Positions 9,708 to 17,996 of a DNA stretch of 32,000 nucleotides are shown in pieces. The translations under genes were made by a program, and so were the position numbers. The stretch is taken from contig NZ_CM001976.1 of NCBI RefSeq assembly GCF_000406145.1, positions 657,260 to 689,259 of the forward strand, in the 5' to 3' direction. The notes beneath the pieces were generated by a model. The model worked only from the letters and a program-made list of their open reading frames with translations. It searched no databases and was not told the DNA's origin. Position 1 is the stretch's first letter, and the number at the start of each line of letters is the position of its first letter. Source of the DNA: Dickeya dadantii NCPPB 898. Its GTDB lineage: Bacteria; Pseudomonadota; Gammaproteobacteria; Enterobacterales; Enterobacteriaceae.

Positions 9708-9785
9708 AAATAGGTTGTCATCTCCGGGTGAAATAGCCGTATTCGCCGGAGAAACGACCGTGTGGCCGATAAGCGGGAGCCTTGT

Positions 9786-10565
9786 ATGACTGATTTAACT
9801 GCAGCAGCGCAACGCGCGCTGGGACTGATGGATTTAACCACCCTGAATGATGACGATACCGATGAGAAGGTGATCGCCCTGTGTCGCCAGGCTAACAGCC
9901 CGGCGGGAAAAACCGCCGCTATTTGTATCTACCCGCGCTTTGTGCCGCTGGCGCGCAAGGTGCTGCGCGAGCAGGGTACGCCGGATGTCCGCATCGCTAC
10001 CGTGACCAATTTCCCGCACGGTAACGACGACATTGATATCGCGCTGGCGGAAACCAAGGCGGCTATCGCCTATGGCGCCGACGACGTGGACGTGGTGTTC
10101 CCCTATCGGGCGCTGATGGCCGGTAACCGTCAGGTTGGTTTTGAACTGGTGAAAGCCTGCAAGGCGGCCTGTGAGGCAGCCGGCGTGCTGTTGAAAGTGA
10201 TCATTGAAACCGGTGAGCTGAAAACCGACGCGCTGATTCGTGAGGCCAGCGAGATTGCTATCGACGCCGGGGCGGATTTTATCAAAACCTCCACCGGCAA
10301 GGTGGCGGTGAATGCCACGCTGCATTCTGCCGACGTGATGCTGAATGTGATCCGCGATAAAGGTGTGGGCGAGCGCGTCGGTTTTAAACCGGCCGGCGGC
10401 GTGCGTACCGCGGAAGATGCCGCTGATTACCTGCAACTTGCCGACGCTATCATGGGCGACGGCTGGGCGGATGCCCGCCATTTCCGCTTTGGCGCGTCCG
10501 GCTTGCTCGGTAGCCTGCTGACCACGCTGGGCCACGCCGCCGGGCAGGCGCGCAGCGGCTATTGA
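9786..10565 (+). CDS. deoC: Deoxyribose-phosphate aldolase
   Basis: The track start at 9762 is a GTG. ATG 9786 has a gggag SD 6 nt upstream and gives 259 aa starting [33 protein letters not shown], colinear with E. coli DeoC (259 aa as recalled). The active-site region DFIKTSTGK is present. Confidence 0.95.
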   Translation: MTDLTAAAQRALGLMDLTTLNDDDTDEKVIALCRQANSPAGKTAAICIYPRFVPLARKVLREQGTPDVRIATVTNFPHGNDDIDIALAETKAAIAYGADDVDVVFPYRALMAGNRQVGFELVKACKAACEAAGVLLKVIIETGELKTDALIREASEIAIDAGADFIKTSTGKVAVNATLHSADVMLNVIRDKGVGERVGFKPAGGVRTAEDAADYLQLADAIMGDGWADARHFRFGASGLLGSLLTTLGHAAGQARSGY

Positions 10566-10627
10566 TGCGGTTCGCGCCTGCCGGGCGCGACACATCAGTG
10601 CTCATGGATTATGCAGGAGAACGCACC

Positions 10628-11959
10628 TTGTTTCTGATTCAGGAAATTATCCGCAAAAAGCGGGACGGTCATCCGCTCAGTGCGGAAGAAATTCGCTTTT
10701 TCATTAACGGTGTGCGCGATAACACCGTGTCGGAAGGGCAGATCGCCGCGCTGGCGATGACCGTGTTCTTTCACGATATGAACATGGATGAGCGGGTGGC
10801 GCTGACGCTGGCGATGCGCGATTCCGGCACCGTGCTGGACTGGTCCGGGCTGAATCTCAACGGCCCGCTGGTGGATAAGCACTCGACCGGCGGCGTCGGC
10901 GATGTCACGTCGCTGATGCTGGGGCCGATGGTGGCGGCCTGCGGCGGGTATGTGCCGATGATTTCCGGTCGCGGTCTGGGCCACACCGGCGGTACGCTGG
11001 ACAAGCTGGAATCGATACCGGGGCTGGATATCTTCCCGGAGGATGACGCTTTCCGGCAGATCATCCGTCAGGTTGGGGTGGCGATTATCGGGCAAACCAA
11101 CTCGCTGGCGCCGGCGGACAAGCGTTTCTACGCCACCCGCGATATCACCGCCACCGTCGACTCCATTCCGCTGATCACCGCCTCGATTCTGGCGAAAAAG
11201 CTGGCGGAAGGGTTAGACGCGCTGGTGATGGACGTCAAAGTCGGCTCCGGCGCGTTTATGCCGACCTACGAACAGTCGGAGCAACTGGCGCAGGCGATTG
11301 TCGGCGTAGCTAATAATGCCGGCTGCCGCACCAGCGCGCTGTTGACCGACATGAGCCAGGTGCTGGCTTCCAGCGCCGGCAATGCGCTGGAAGTACGTGA
11401 AGCGGTGCGCTTTCTGACCGGCGAGCAACGCAATCCGCGGCTGTTCGAGGTGACGATGGCGTTGTGCGAATCCATGCTGCTAGCGGGGCACCTGGCGCGC
11501 GATGCCGCCGAGGCGCGAGCAAAATTGCAGGCGGTGCTGGATAACGGCCGGGCGGCGGAGGTCTTTGGCCGCATGGTGGCGGCCCAGCATGGCCCGACGG
11601 ATTTTGTCGAACAGTACGATCGCTATCTGTTGCCCGCGACGCTCAGTAAACCGGTGTTCGCCGAGCGCGACGGCTTTGTCGGCGCAATGGATGCGCGCGC
11701 GTTGGGCATGGTAGTGGTGGCGTTGGGTGGTGGTCGACGTCAGGCCAGTGATATCATTGATCACAGTGTCGGGCTGAGCGATATGGTCAGTCTGGGCGAT
11801 CGGGTGGATGCGCAGCGTCCGCTGGCGGTAATCCACGCCAGAACCGAGTCCGACTGGCAACAGGCCGCGCAGGCGCTGCGTGAGGCGATTCGCCTTGATG
11901 ATCAACCGCCTGCGCCTTGTCCGCTGATTTATCGTCGACTGGACGCCGCGGACATCTAA
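10628..11959 (+). CDS. deoA: Thymidine phosphorylase
   Basis: The homology block starts at (L->M)[17 protein letters not shown], as in E. coli DeoA ([14 protein letters not shown]). TTG 10628 has an aggag SD (10615-10619) 8 nt upstream. ATG 10604 is an alternative start. The track start at 10562 would overlap deoC and adds non-homologous residues. Confidence 0.92.
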   Translation: MFLIQEIIRKKRDGHPLSAEEIRFFINGVRDNTVSEGQIAALAMTVFFHDMNMDERVALTLAMRDSGTVLDWSGLNLNGPLVDKHSTGGVGDVTSLMLGPMVAACGGYVPMISGRGLGHTGGTLDKLESIPGLDIFPEDDAFRQIIRQVGVAIIGQTNSLAPADKRFYATRDITATVDSIPLITASILAKKLAEGLDALVMDVKVGSGAFMPTYEQSEQLAQAIVGVANNAGCRTSALLTDMSQVLASSAGNALEVREAVRFLTGEQRNPRLFEVTMALCESMLLAGHLARDAAEARAKLQAVLDNGRAAEVFGRMVAAQHGPTDFVEQYDRYLLPATLSKPVFAERDGFVGAMDARALGMVVVALGGGRRQASDIIDHSVGLSDMVSLGDRVDAQRPLAVIHARTESDWQQAAQALREAIRLDDQPPAPCPLIYRRLDAADI

Positions 11960-11990
11960 CCGTACCGTCGCCGCCCGGCCTTACACGCAT

Positions 11991-12086
11991 TAGTTCTTTA
12001 CGTGATTAGTTCTTTACGTGATTGGTCCTTTACGTGATTGGTACTTTACGTAATTGGTTCTTTAAGTAATCGGTACTTTACGTAAA
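11991..12086. repeat. Six head-to-tail copies of a 16-bp unit in the deoA-deoB intercistronic spacer
   Basis: Units in order: tagttctttacgtgat, tagttctttacgtgat, tggtcctttacgtgat, tggtactttacgtaat, tggttctttaagtaat, cggtactttacgtaaa (each 16 nt, 11991-12086). Possible decayed copies lie on both flanks (ccttacacgcat, ccttacgcacga). Confidence 0.9.
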
Positions 12087-12122
12087 AGCTGTGCCCTTAC
12101 GCACGACGCAGGAGATAACTAC

Positions 12123-13346
12123 ATGAAACGTGCATTTATTATGGTTCTCGACTCGTTCGGGATTGGCAGCGCCGCCGATGCCAAACGGTTTGGCGACGCA
12201 GGTTCAGATACGCTGGGCCATATCGCACAAGCCTGCGCAAAAGGTAAGGCCGATGTCGGCCGACAAGGGCCGCTGCGGCTGCCGAACCTGAGCCGTCTGG
12301 GGCTGGGCAAGGCGGCGGAAGGTTCCACCGGGCAGTTCCCGCCGGGACTGGATGAACAGGCCGATATCATCGGCGCGTACGCGTACGCCAGCGAAATTTC
12401 CTCCGGCAAGGACACGCCGTCCGGCCACTGGGAAATCGCCGGGGTGCCGGTGCTGTTCGACTGGGGCTATTTTCTCGACGAACACAACAGTTTCCCGCAG
12501 GCGCTGCTGGACCGGCTGGTCGAACGCGCAGGGCTGCCGGGCTATCTTGGCAACTGCCATTCCTCCGGCACGGTGATCCTCGACCAACTCGGCGAGGAAC
12601 ACATGAAAACCGGCAAACCGATTTTCTACACCTCGGCGGATTCGGTATTCCAGATAGCTTGTCACGAAGAAACCTTCGGGCTGGAGAAACTGTACCAACT
12701 GTGTGAAATCGCCCGCGAAGAGCTGACCGAAGGCGGTTACAACATTGGCCGGGTGATCGCCCGTCCGTTCGTCGGCGACAAGGTCGGCCAGTTCCAGCGT
12801 ACCGGCAACCGTCACGATCTGGCGGTAGAGCCGCCGGCGCCGACCATGCTGAAAAAGCTGGTGGACGAGAAGGGCGGCAACGTGGTGTCGGTGGGGAAAA
12901 TCGCCGATATCTACGCTAACGTCGGCATCACCAAAAAGGTGAAAGCTACCGGCATTGACGCGCTGTTTGACGCCACGCTGAAAGAGATGGAGCAAGCGGG
13001 CGACGACACTATCGTGTTCACCAACTTTGTCGATTTCGACTCTTCCTACGGCCACCGCCGTGATGTGCCCGGTTACGCGGCGGCGCTGGAGCTGTTTGAC
13101 CGCCGCCTGCCGGAGATGCTCGCTCGCGTGAAGGGCGACGATATCCTGATCCTGACCGCCGACCACGGTTGCGACCCGAGCTGGCCCGGCACCGATCACA
13201 CCCGCGAACACGTGCCGGTGCTGATTTACGGGCCGGGCGTAACGCCGGGCGACCGTGGCCACCGCACCACCTTTGCCGATATCGGCCAGACGGTGGCCGG
13301 CTACTTCGGGCTGTCGCCGATGGATTACGGCACGTCAATGTTGTGA
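12123..13346 (+). CDS. deoB: Phosphopentomutase
   Basis: 407 aa. [15 protein letters not shown]... and the ...LTADHGCDP... metal-site motifs are colinear with E. coli DeoB. An aggag SD lies 8 nt upstream. Confidence 0.96.
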   Translation: MKRAFIMVLDSFGIGSAADAKRFGDAGSDTLGHIAQACAKGKADVGRQGPLRLPNLSRLGLGKAAEGSTGQFPPGLDEQADIIGAYAYASEISSGKDTPSGHWEIAGVPVLFDWGYFLDEHNSFPQALLDRLVERAGLPGYLGNCHSSGTVILDQLGEEHMKTGKPIFYTSADSVFQIACHEETFGLEKLYQLCEIAREELTEGGYNIGRVIARPFVGDKVGQFQRTGNRHDLAVEPPAPTMLKKLVDEKGGNVVSVGKIADIYANVGITKKVKATGIDALFDATLKEMEQAGDDTIVFTNFVDFDSSYGHRRDVPGYAAALELFDRRLPEMLARVKGDDILILTADHGCDPSWPGTDHTREHVPVLIYGPGVTPGDRGHRTTFADIGQTVAGYFGLSPMDYGTSML

Positions 13347-13417
13347 TGTTCCTGACAAGGAACGCGATTATTTAATTCAATGGCGGTTTGACGCCATATC
13401 AAGAAGGAAGAAAAAGG

Positions 13418-14143
13418 ATGGCTACGCCACATATCAATGCAGAAATGGGTGACTTCGCTGACGTGGTGCTGATGCCGGGTGACCCGTTGCGCGCCAAATA
13501 CATCGCGGAAACCTTTCTGGAAAACGCGGTGGAAGTGAACAATGTGCGCGGTATGCTGGGCTTCACCGGGACTTACAAAGGCCGTCGTATCTCCGTGATG
13601 GGCCACGGCATGGGCATCCCGTCCTGCTCGATTTACACCAAAGAGCTGATAACAGAATACGGCGTGAAGAAAATCATCCGCGTCGGTTCCTGCGGTGCGG
13701 TGCGTGCCGATGTGAAACTGCGCGACGTGGTGATCGGCATGGGCGCCTGCACCGATTCTAAAGTGAACCGGATGCGCTTTAAAGATCACGACTTCTCGGC
13801 CATTGCCGACTTCGACCTGCTGCGCCATGCAGTGGATGCCGCCAAAGCGCGCGGTATCAACGCCCGCGTCGGCAACCTGTTCTCCGCTGACTTGTTCTAC
13901 ACGCCGGACCCGCAAATGTTCGACGTGATGGAAAAATACGGCATTCTGGGCGTGGAAATGGAAGCGGCCGGTATCTACGGCGTGGCGGCGGAATTCGGCG
14001 CTAAAGCGCTGGCTATTTGCACCGTGTCCGACCATATCCGCACCCACGAGCAGACCACCGCCGCCGAGCGCCAGACCACTTTCAACGAGATGATCGAAAT
14101 CGCGCTGGAATCGGTATTGCTGGGCGACGCCGCTGAGGCGTGA
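13418..14143 (+). CDS. deoD: Purine nucleoside phosphorylase DeoD-type
   Basis: ATG 13418 gives [35 protein letters not shown], the same N-terminus as E. coli DeoD. The track start at 13388 adds 10 non-homologous residues. Confidence 0.96.
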   Translation: MATPHINAEMGDFADVVLMPGDPLRAKYIAETFLENAVEVNNVRGMLGFTGTYKGRRISVMGHGMGIPSCSIYTKELITEYGVKKIIRVGSCGAVRADVKLRDVVIGMGACTDSKVNRMRFKDHDFSAIADFDLLRHAVDAAKARGINARVGNLFSADLFYTPDPQMFDVMEKYGILGVEMEAAGIYGVAAEFGAKALAICTVSDHIRTHEQTTAAERQTTFNEMIEIALESVLLGDAAEA

Positions 14144-14211
14144 TGCCAAAAAGGGCTGATGGTGTTTGGTGAAACATCACCGTTAACCTGAGTGTAAGTC
14201 TGTGATATCTG

Positions 14212-14245
14212 AACGCCTCCGGTATTAACGCCGGGGGCGTTTTTT
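14212..14245 (+). terminator. Rho-independent terminator of the deo operon
   Basis: 11-bp stem aacgcctccgg/ccgggggcgtt with one G-U pair (14212-14222 with 14231-14241) and an 8-nt loop. The T run extends to 14245. Confidence 0.8.
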
Positions 14246-14260
14246 ATGATAGCTGCCGGG

Positions 14261-14761
14261 TCAGCTTATCGCTGTGTACGCTGTTTGGGCACCGTGCAGG
14301 CGTGACGCCACTTCATCAAGGCATTTCACGCCGCTGGCGGTGCGAATCCAGCGCGGGGCTTTTAGCTCGGCGGTGAAGTACCAGACCAGCTCGGCCAGCA
14401 AGCCGGTCAGCGTGTGTTCCATTTCCAGTGATAACCCCCGGCCTGCCAGCAACTTCGCAAGTGCGAGGCAGTAGTCGCAAAGCAAATCAGAATCGGGTTC
14501 AAAGCAGGGAGCGGCGGCGGGAAGGACATCAGTGGTGAGGCGTTCGGTCAGGTGCGCCGGAATCGGCTGGTTCAGCGTCGGCCTCAGCAGCGCCAGCCCG
14601 GCGGTAAGCCGGGTGTTGAATGCCAGCTTCAGCGCCGGGTCATCGCTTTCCATCAGGTTTTCGGCGAGGTGTTCGCAGTAATCGGCGAGCACGGTGAAAT
14701 CCGTGGCGGCGCTGAAGGAAGCGGTAAGTAACGGGTGAGTCTGGGTAGTGATGGTAGCCAT
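14261..14761 (-). CDS. Hypothetical protein, 166 aa, acidic and Leu/Ala-rich (predicted helical), no family recognised
   Basis: An ATG start with a GGAG SD 8 nt upstream. Codon use is GC3-rich like the neighbouring core genes. It contains an internal repeat (VLADYCEHLAENLM versus LLCDYCLALAKLLA) and a CxxC motif (CDYC). I cannot match it to any family from memory. Confidence 0.6.
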   Translation of the reverse strand: MATITTQTHPLLTASFSAATDFTVLADYCEHLAENLMESDDPALKLAFNTRLTAGLALLRPTLNQPIPAHLTERLTTDVLPAAAPCFEPDSDLLCDYCLALAKLLAGRGLSLEMEHTLTGLLAELVWYFTAELKAPRWIRTASGVKCLDEVASRLHGAQTAYTAIS

Positions 14762-14900
14762 AAGGCAGTCTCCGATGAGTGAGTAAAGAAATCACCACCA
14801 CCGAAGAGACCAATCTTGCGGGTGGTGGACTGAGCGGAGTTGGTCTTACCGGCCTCATCGGATACCGGCGCACCTTGCGGTGCCCCCGCCCAGCCCACCA
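14762..14900 (-). promoter_or_regulatory. Putative structured 5' leader of the 166-aa ORF (anti-SD helix enclosing a possible pseudoknot)
   Basis: Read on the minus strand, a 9-bp helix UCCGAUGAG/CUCAUCGGA (plus-strand coordinates 14854-14862 with 14771-14779) covers GGA of the SD. Two interleaved helices lie inside it: AGACCAA/UUGGUCU (14840-14846 with 14807-14813) and CCACCACC/GGUGGUGG (14821-14828 with 14795-14802). A GCACC-GCAA-GGUGC hairpin with a GNRA loop lies at 14870-14883. The transcription start is not identified. Confidence 0.35.
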
Positions 14901-14929
14901 TAATTCGGCATAGCTAAGCATTACGACAT

Positions 14930-14950
14930 AAAAAAAGACGCTGGCGCGTC
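14930..14950 (-). terminator. Probable terminator of the hsd operon
   Basis: The minus strand reads GACGC-GCCA-GCGTC followed by U7 (stem 14937-14941 with 14946-14950; A7 on the plus strand at 14930-14936). The stem is short at 5 bp. Confidence 0.5.
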
Positions 14951-15103
14951 CTATGTCGCCGATGAAGTATTTCAGGAGACCAATCCCGGCACCTGATTGT
15001 GCAGGTGCGGGTAAAAGATAGCGCTATCGGTGAAGGGCCGCAAGGGGTTTTGTGGCCCGTAGCACGGCGCAACGCGAATCTGGAATACGCCGCGCAAAAA
15101 CGC

Positions 15104-16369
15104 TTATTTGACCGTGACTTGTCCGTTCATCAGCAGAGGGAGGAGCCAGTCACGGAGTGCAGCGAGTTGCTGATTTTCTTTTGTAAGCAATTCGATTTTT
15201 TCAAAGAGTGGCTCTGTTTTTTCTGCGTATTTTTCTATTAATTTAATATTATTCGGCAATGCCAAATAAGTATGCTCAATATCGTTTGAAACAATTGAGT
15301 TAAACACTGAACCAGTAGCCTTAACCTCAAGATGATGTATCAATTCTTTAGTGAGAAAATACAAAAATACAAAACTCACTTCCTGTTTTGCACTCAGTGC
15401 ATAGCATGACTGATTCATAGCCATAGGTACAGCATTCAGAGCCAGACGACCAACTGAACCTCTTGCGGTAATAAACACGGTATTCTTTTTAAAGAGACGA
15501 GTGCTACTCTTCTTCAAAGCTACTTCAGTAATATTATCTTGTGTGGATAAGCTATAAATATTTTTCCCTGAATCCGTTGGTGTAAAAAAAGGTATAGAGC
15601 CATTCCAGTAAGTAGAGTTAGCTTTTGTTGGAGTTCCACCGCCCAGCAACTCAGCTAGTAATAAAATATTAGAAGCAAGCCACCCCACCGGAATTTCCCG
15701 CTTCAGCATCGCGTTATATTCCATCTTTCCGCCGGAGGTTTTATACGGTTTGCCGTTAGCTTCCGGGAAATCAAATTGCACAAACCAGTAGTCGTACAGC
15801 GTTTTCGCCATTGCTTCCAGTTCAGCGTTGATGCGGTTGTTGAGATCGATTTTTTTGTCAATATTACTTAGCACACTGGCTATCTTTTTTTGTTCACTCA
15901 GCGCTGGTGTACTTATTTCAAACTCTAAGCAATCAGGCACTCTTATATGACTGACAATTGAACCAGTACTATCATGCTTACGAAATTGATACTGTAAATC
16001 AGGTGAAAGAAATACATATAATAAATAAGTTGAATCTAACTTTTCCGGGTTAGATCTATACTGCATGATTCTCTGCCCAAGAAATACAGTGTCCGTAAAA
16101 TTGACATATCCGACTTCCCCCATTGGAGCTTCTCGGGTTAATAAAACGTCACCTTTATCAACAGTTGCACGTCGCGTCCATTTTTTAAATGTTTCTTTTT
16201 CAACGTAACGACAACCGGTTAAGTTTATCCTTCCACTTTTAATATTTGGTGTGCGGATCATTTTATATGGTGTCTCATAATCAACACTAGGTGCTGTTTT
16301 GTTTACACAGTCAACAATAAGCTCGCATAATTCAGATACTTTAATTCTAGGCCACTGTTTATACTTCAT
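15104..16369 (-). CDS. hsdS: Type I restriction-modification specificity subunit HsdS
   Basis: 421 aa with two target-recognition domains. These are separated by the conserved central helix (NAELEAMAKTLYDYWFVQFDFP) and followed by a C-terminal conserved helix (LAALRDWLLPLLMNGQVTV). The ATG lies inside the hsdM terminus (11-nt overlap). The TRD-coding parts are visibly AT-rich. Confidence 0.93.
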   Translation of the reverse strand: MKYKQWPRIKVSELCELIVDCVNKTAPSVDYETPYKMIRTPNIKSGRINLTGCRYVEKETFKKWTRRATVDKGDVLLTREAPMGEVGYVNFTDTVFLGQRIMQYRSNPEKLDSTYLLYVFLSPDLQYQFRKHDSTGSIVSHIRVPDCLEFEISTPALSEQKKIASVLSNIDKKIDLNNRINAELEAMAKTLYDYWFVQFDFPEANGKPYKTSGGKMEYNAMLKREIPVGWLASNILLLAELLGGGTPTKANSTYWNGSIPFFTPTDSGKNIYSLSTQDNITEVALKKSSTRLFKKNTVFITARGSVGRLALNAVPMAMNQSCYALSAKQEVSFVFLYFLTKELIHHLEVKATGSVFNSIVSNDIEHTYLALPNNIKLIEKYAEKTEPLFEKIELLTKENQQLAALRDWLLPLLMNGQVTVK

Positions 16370-17996
16370 ACTTCAACCCCGCCAGTTGCTGTTTAATTTC
16401 CGCTTCCAGCTTGTGTGACTGGTTGAATAACTCATCCAGCATGTCACTAAACCCTTTCATTTTGGCGGCAAACTGCTCCGGTGTGATATCCGAATACTCA
16501 ATCTTGACCTCAAAATACTGCCCGGCGCTGAACGAGTAATTCTTCGCGGTAATCTCGTCGTAAGACACCACCACCGAGAAGTCTTCTTCGTTCCATTTGT
16601 TATTGAATACTTCACAGATGCGCTGCTCTTCTTCCGGCGTCAGCACCGTTTTCTGGTTTTTACCGTCTTTGACCTTTTCCCCCAGGCCGGAGGCATCAAT
16701 CAGCACCACGTTTTCTTTATTGCTGGCGTCGATAAACAGAATCGAGACGTTGGTGCCGGTGGTGGCGAAAATATTGGATGGCATCGATACCACCCCCGCC
16801 AGCATTTTGTTTTTCACCAGATGCTCACGAATGGCTTTATCAATGCCGGACTGCGCGGTAATAAACCCGGTCGGCACCACCACCGCCGCTTTTCCGCCCG
16901 GTTTCAGCGAATAAATAATGTGTTGCAGGAACAACTGATAAATCGCCATTTTGTCTTTGGCGGCTTTCGGGATGTTCGGAATACCGGCGAAGAAACGCGG
17001 CTGATTTTCTTTGGTATCCAGCGCGTTGCGAAAATCGCTGAAATCCATCTTAAACGGCGGGTTGGAGACGATATAGTCAAAGCGTTTCAGGTCCTGCCCG
17101 TCCTGGTGGTACGGGTGCAAAATGGTGTTGCCCTGAATCACATACGGGATGGAATGCACCAGATTATTCAGGATCAGGTTCAGGCGCAGCAGGCTGGAGG
17201 ATTTTTGTGAGATATCCTGCGTGAAAATGCTGCAACGGTCTTCACCAATGGCGTGCGCCACGTTCATCAGCAGCGTGCCGGAACCGGCGGACGGGTCGTA
17301 ACAGGTGACGTTACGCACGGTGCCGCGCTGTGCCTCCGGCACCAGAATGGCGGCCATAATGCGCGCCACCGCGTGCGGTGTGTAGTATTCGGCGTATTTG
17401 CCGCCGGCGTTGCTGTTGTAGTCTTTGATCAGGTACTCAAAGATGGTGGCGTAGAAATCAAATTTCTGGGTAAAGATGCGCTCGAAACTGAACTTCACCA
17501 GGTTGTTGATAATGGCGCGGCAGAAATCATCACGCTTTGAACTGTCGGCAATAAACTGGCTGAGGCGGTCAAACAGCACCACTTTGGTGCCGCCGTCGGT
17601 TTTTACCGCGAACACCTCGTTGTTCGTTTCGGCGATATCCATCAGGGTGTCGTCAAAGGTGTTGGCGAAGTCCGCTTTGTTCTGCTCGTTAAACAGGCGG
17701 GTAATAAAGTGATGTGGTTTCAGGTACGCGGTATTGGCATTTATATTCTGTTGTAATTGCGCCAGTTGTTCTTCATCCATCTGGCTTATCACTTCTTCCC
17801 AACGTTCCGCACCGGCGAGGGTTTTATCCACCTTTTTCGCTTCATAGGCGAATTTGTCGTTCAGGAATTTGTACAGAAAGGCCTGAGTAATAATCTTGAA
17901 TTCGTTACCGTCGTTCCCCAGGCCATAGCTGGCGCAAACGCTTTTCAGGCTATCGATCAGGGTTTTGGTTGTGTCTCTAAATTCCAGCTCTACCAC
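16359..17996 (-). CDS. hsdM: Type I R-M N6-adenine DNA methyltransferase subunit HsdM
   Basis: 545 aa with an HsdM N-terminal domain. The AdoMet motif YDPSAGSGTLL and the catalytic motif NPPF (IVSNPPFKMDF) are present. A GTG start with a ggag SD 7 nt upstream overlaps the hsdR stop (GTGGTAG). Confidence 0.95.
   Translation of the reverse strand: MVELEFRDTTKTLIDSLKSVCASYGLGNDGNEFKIITQAFLYKFLNDKFAYEAKKVDKTLAGAERWEEVISQMDEEQLAQLQQNINANTAYLKPHHFITRLFNEQNKADFANTFDDTLMDIAETNNEVFAVKTDGGTKVVLFDRLSQFIADSSKRDDFCRAIINNLVKFSFERIFTQKFDFYATIFEYLIKDYNSNAGGKYAEYYTPHAVARIMAAILVPEAQRGTVRNVTCYDPSAGSGTLLMNVAHAIGEDRCSIFTQDISQKSSSLLRLNLILNNLVHSIPYVIQGNTILHPYHQDGQDLKRFDYIVSNPPFKMDFSDFRNALDTKENQPRFFAGIPNIPKAAKDKMAIYQLFLQHIIYSLKPGGKAAVVVPTGFITAQSGIDKAIREHLVKNKMLAGVVSMPSNIFATTGTNVSILFIDASNKENVVLIDASGLGEKVKDGKNQKTVLTPEEEQRICEVFNNKWNEEDFSVVVSYDEITAKNYSFSAGQYFEVKIEYSDITPEQFAAKMKGFSDMLDELFNQSHKLEAEIKQQLAGLKYEV

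Noticed and set aside
10562-10627. Over-extended ORF-track starts: deoA at 10562, deoC at 9762, deoD at 13388, rsmC at 22262, the LysR gene at 24362, budR at 27329, budB at 28240, ubiT at 7944, and yhbQ at 9371
   Set aside because: The extensions lack homology to the well-known orthologue N-termini and often overlap the upstream gene. Internal starts carry proper SD sequences and reproduce the orthologue lengths.
14779-14913. 44-codon plus-strand ORF (GTG start) antisense to the orphan-ORF leader. It encodes MSKEITTTEETNLAGGGLSGVGLTGLIGYRRTLRCPRPAHHNSA, a glycine-zipper-like hydrophobic peptide reminiscent of a type I toxin.
   Set aside because: It has no SD, no recognisable promoter and no plus-strand terminator. 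The Gly-rich hydrophobic stretch follows directly from the GGTGGTGG and CCGG helix sequences. It is worth a look only if Ribo-seq shows translation.
15850-15900. Two A7 runs on the coding strand within hsdS, considered as possible phase-variation tracts
   Set aside because: Seven nucleotides is shorter than tracts known to slip at useful frequency. They encode ordinary Lys-Lys dipeptides in an AT-rich TRD, and no recombinase or second hsdS copy is present for shuffling.
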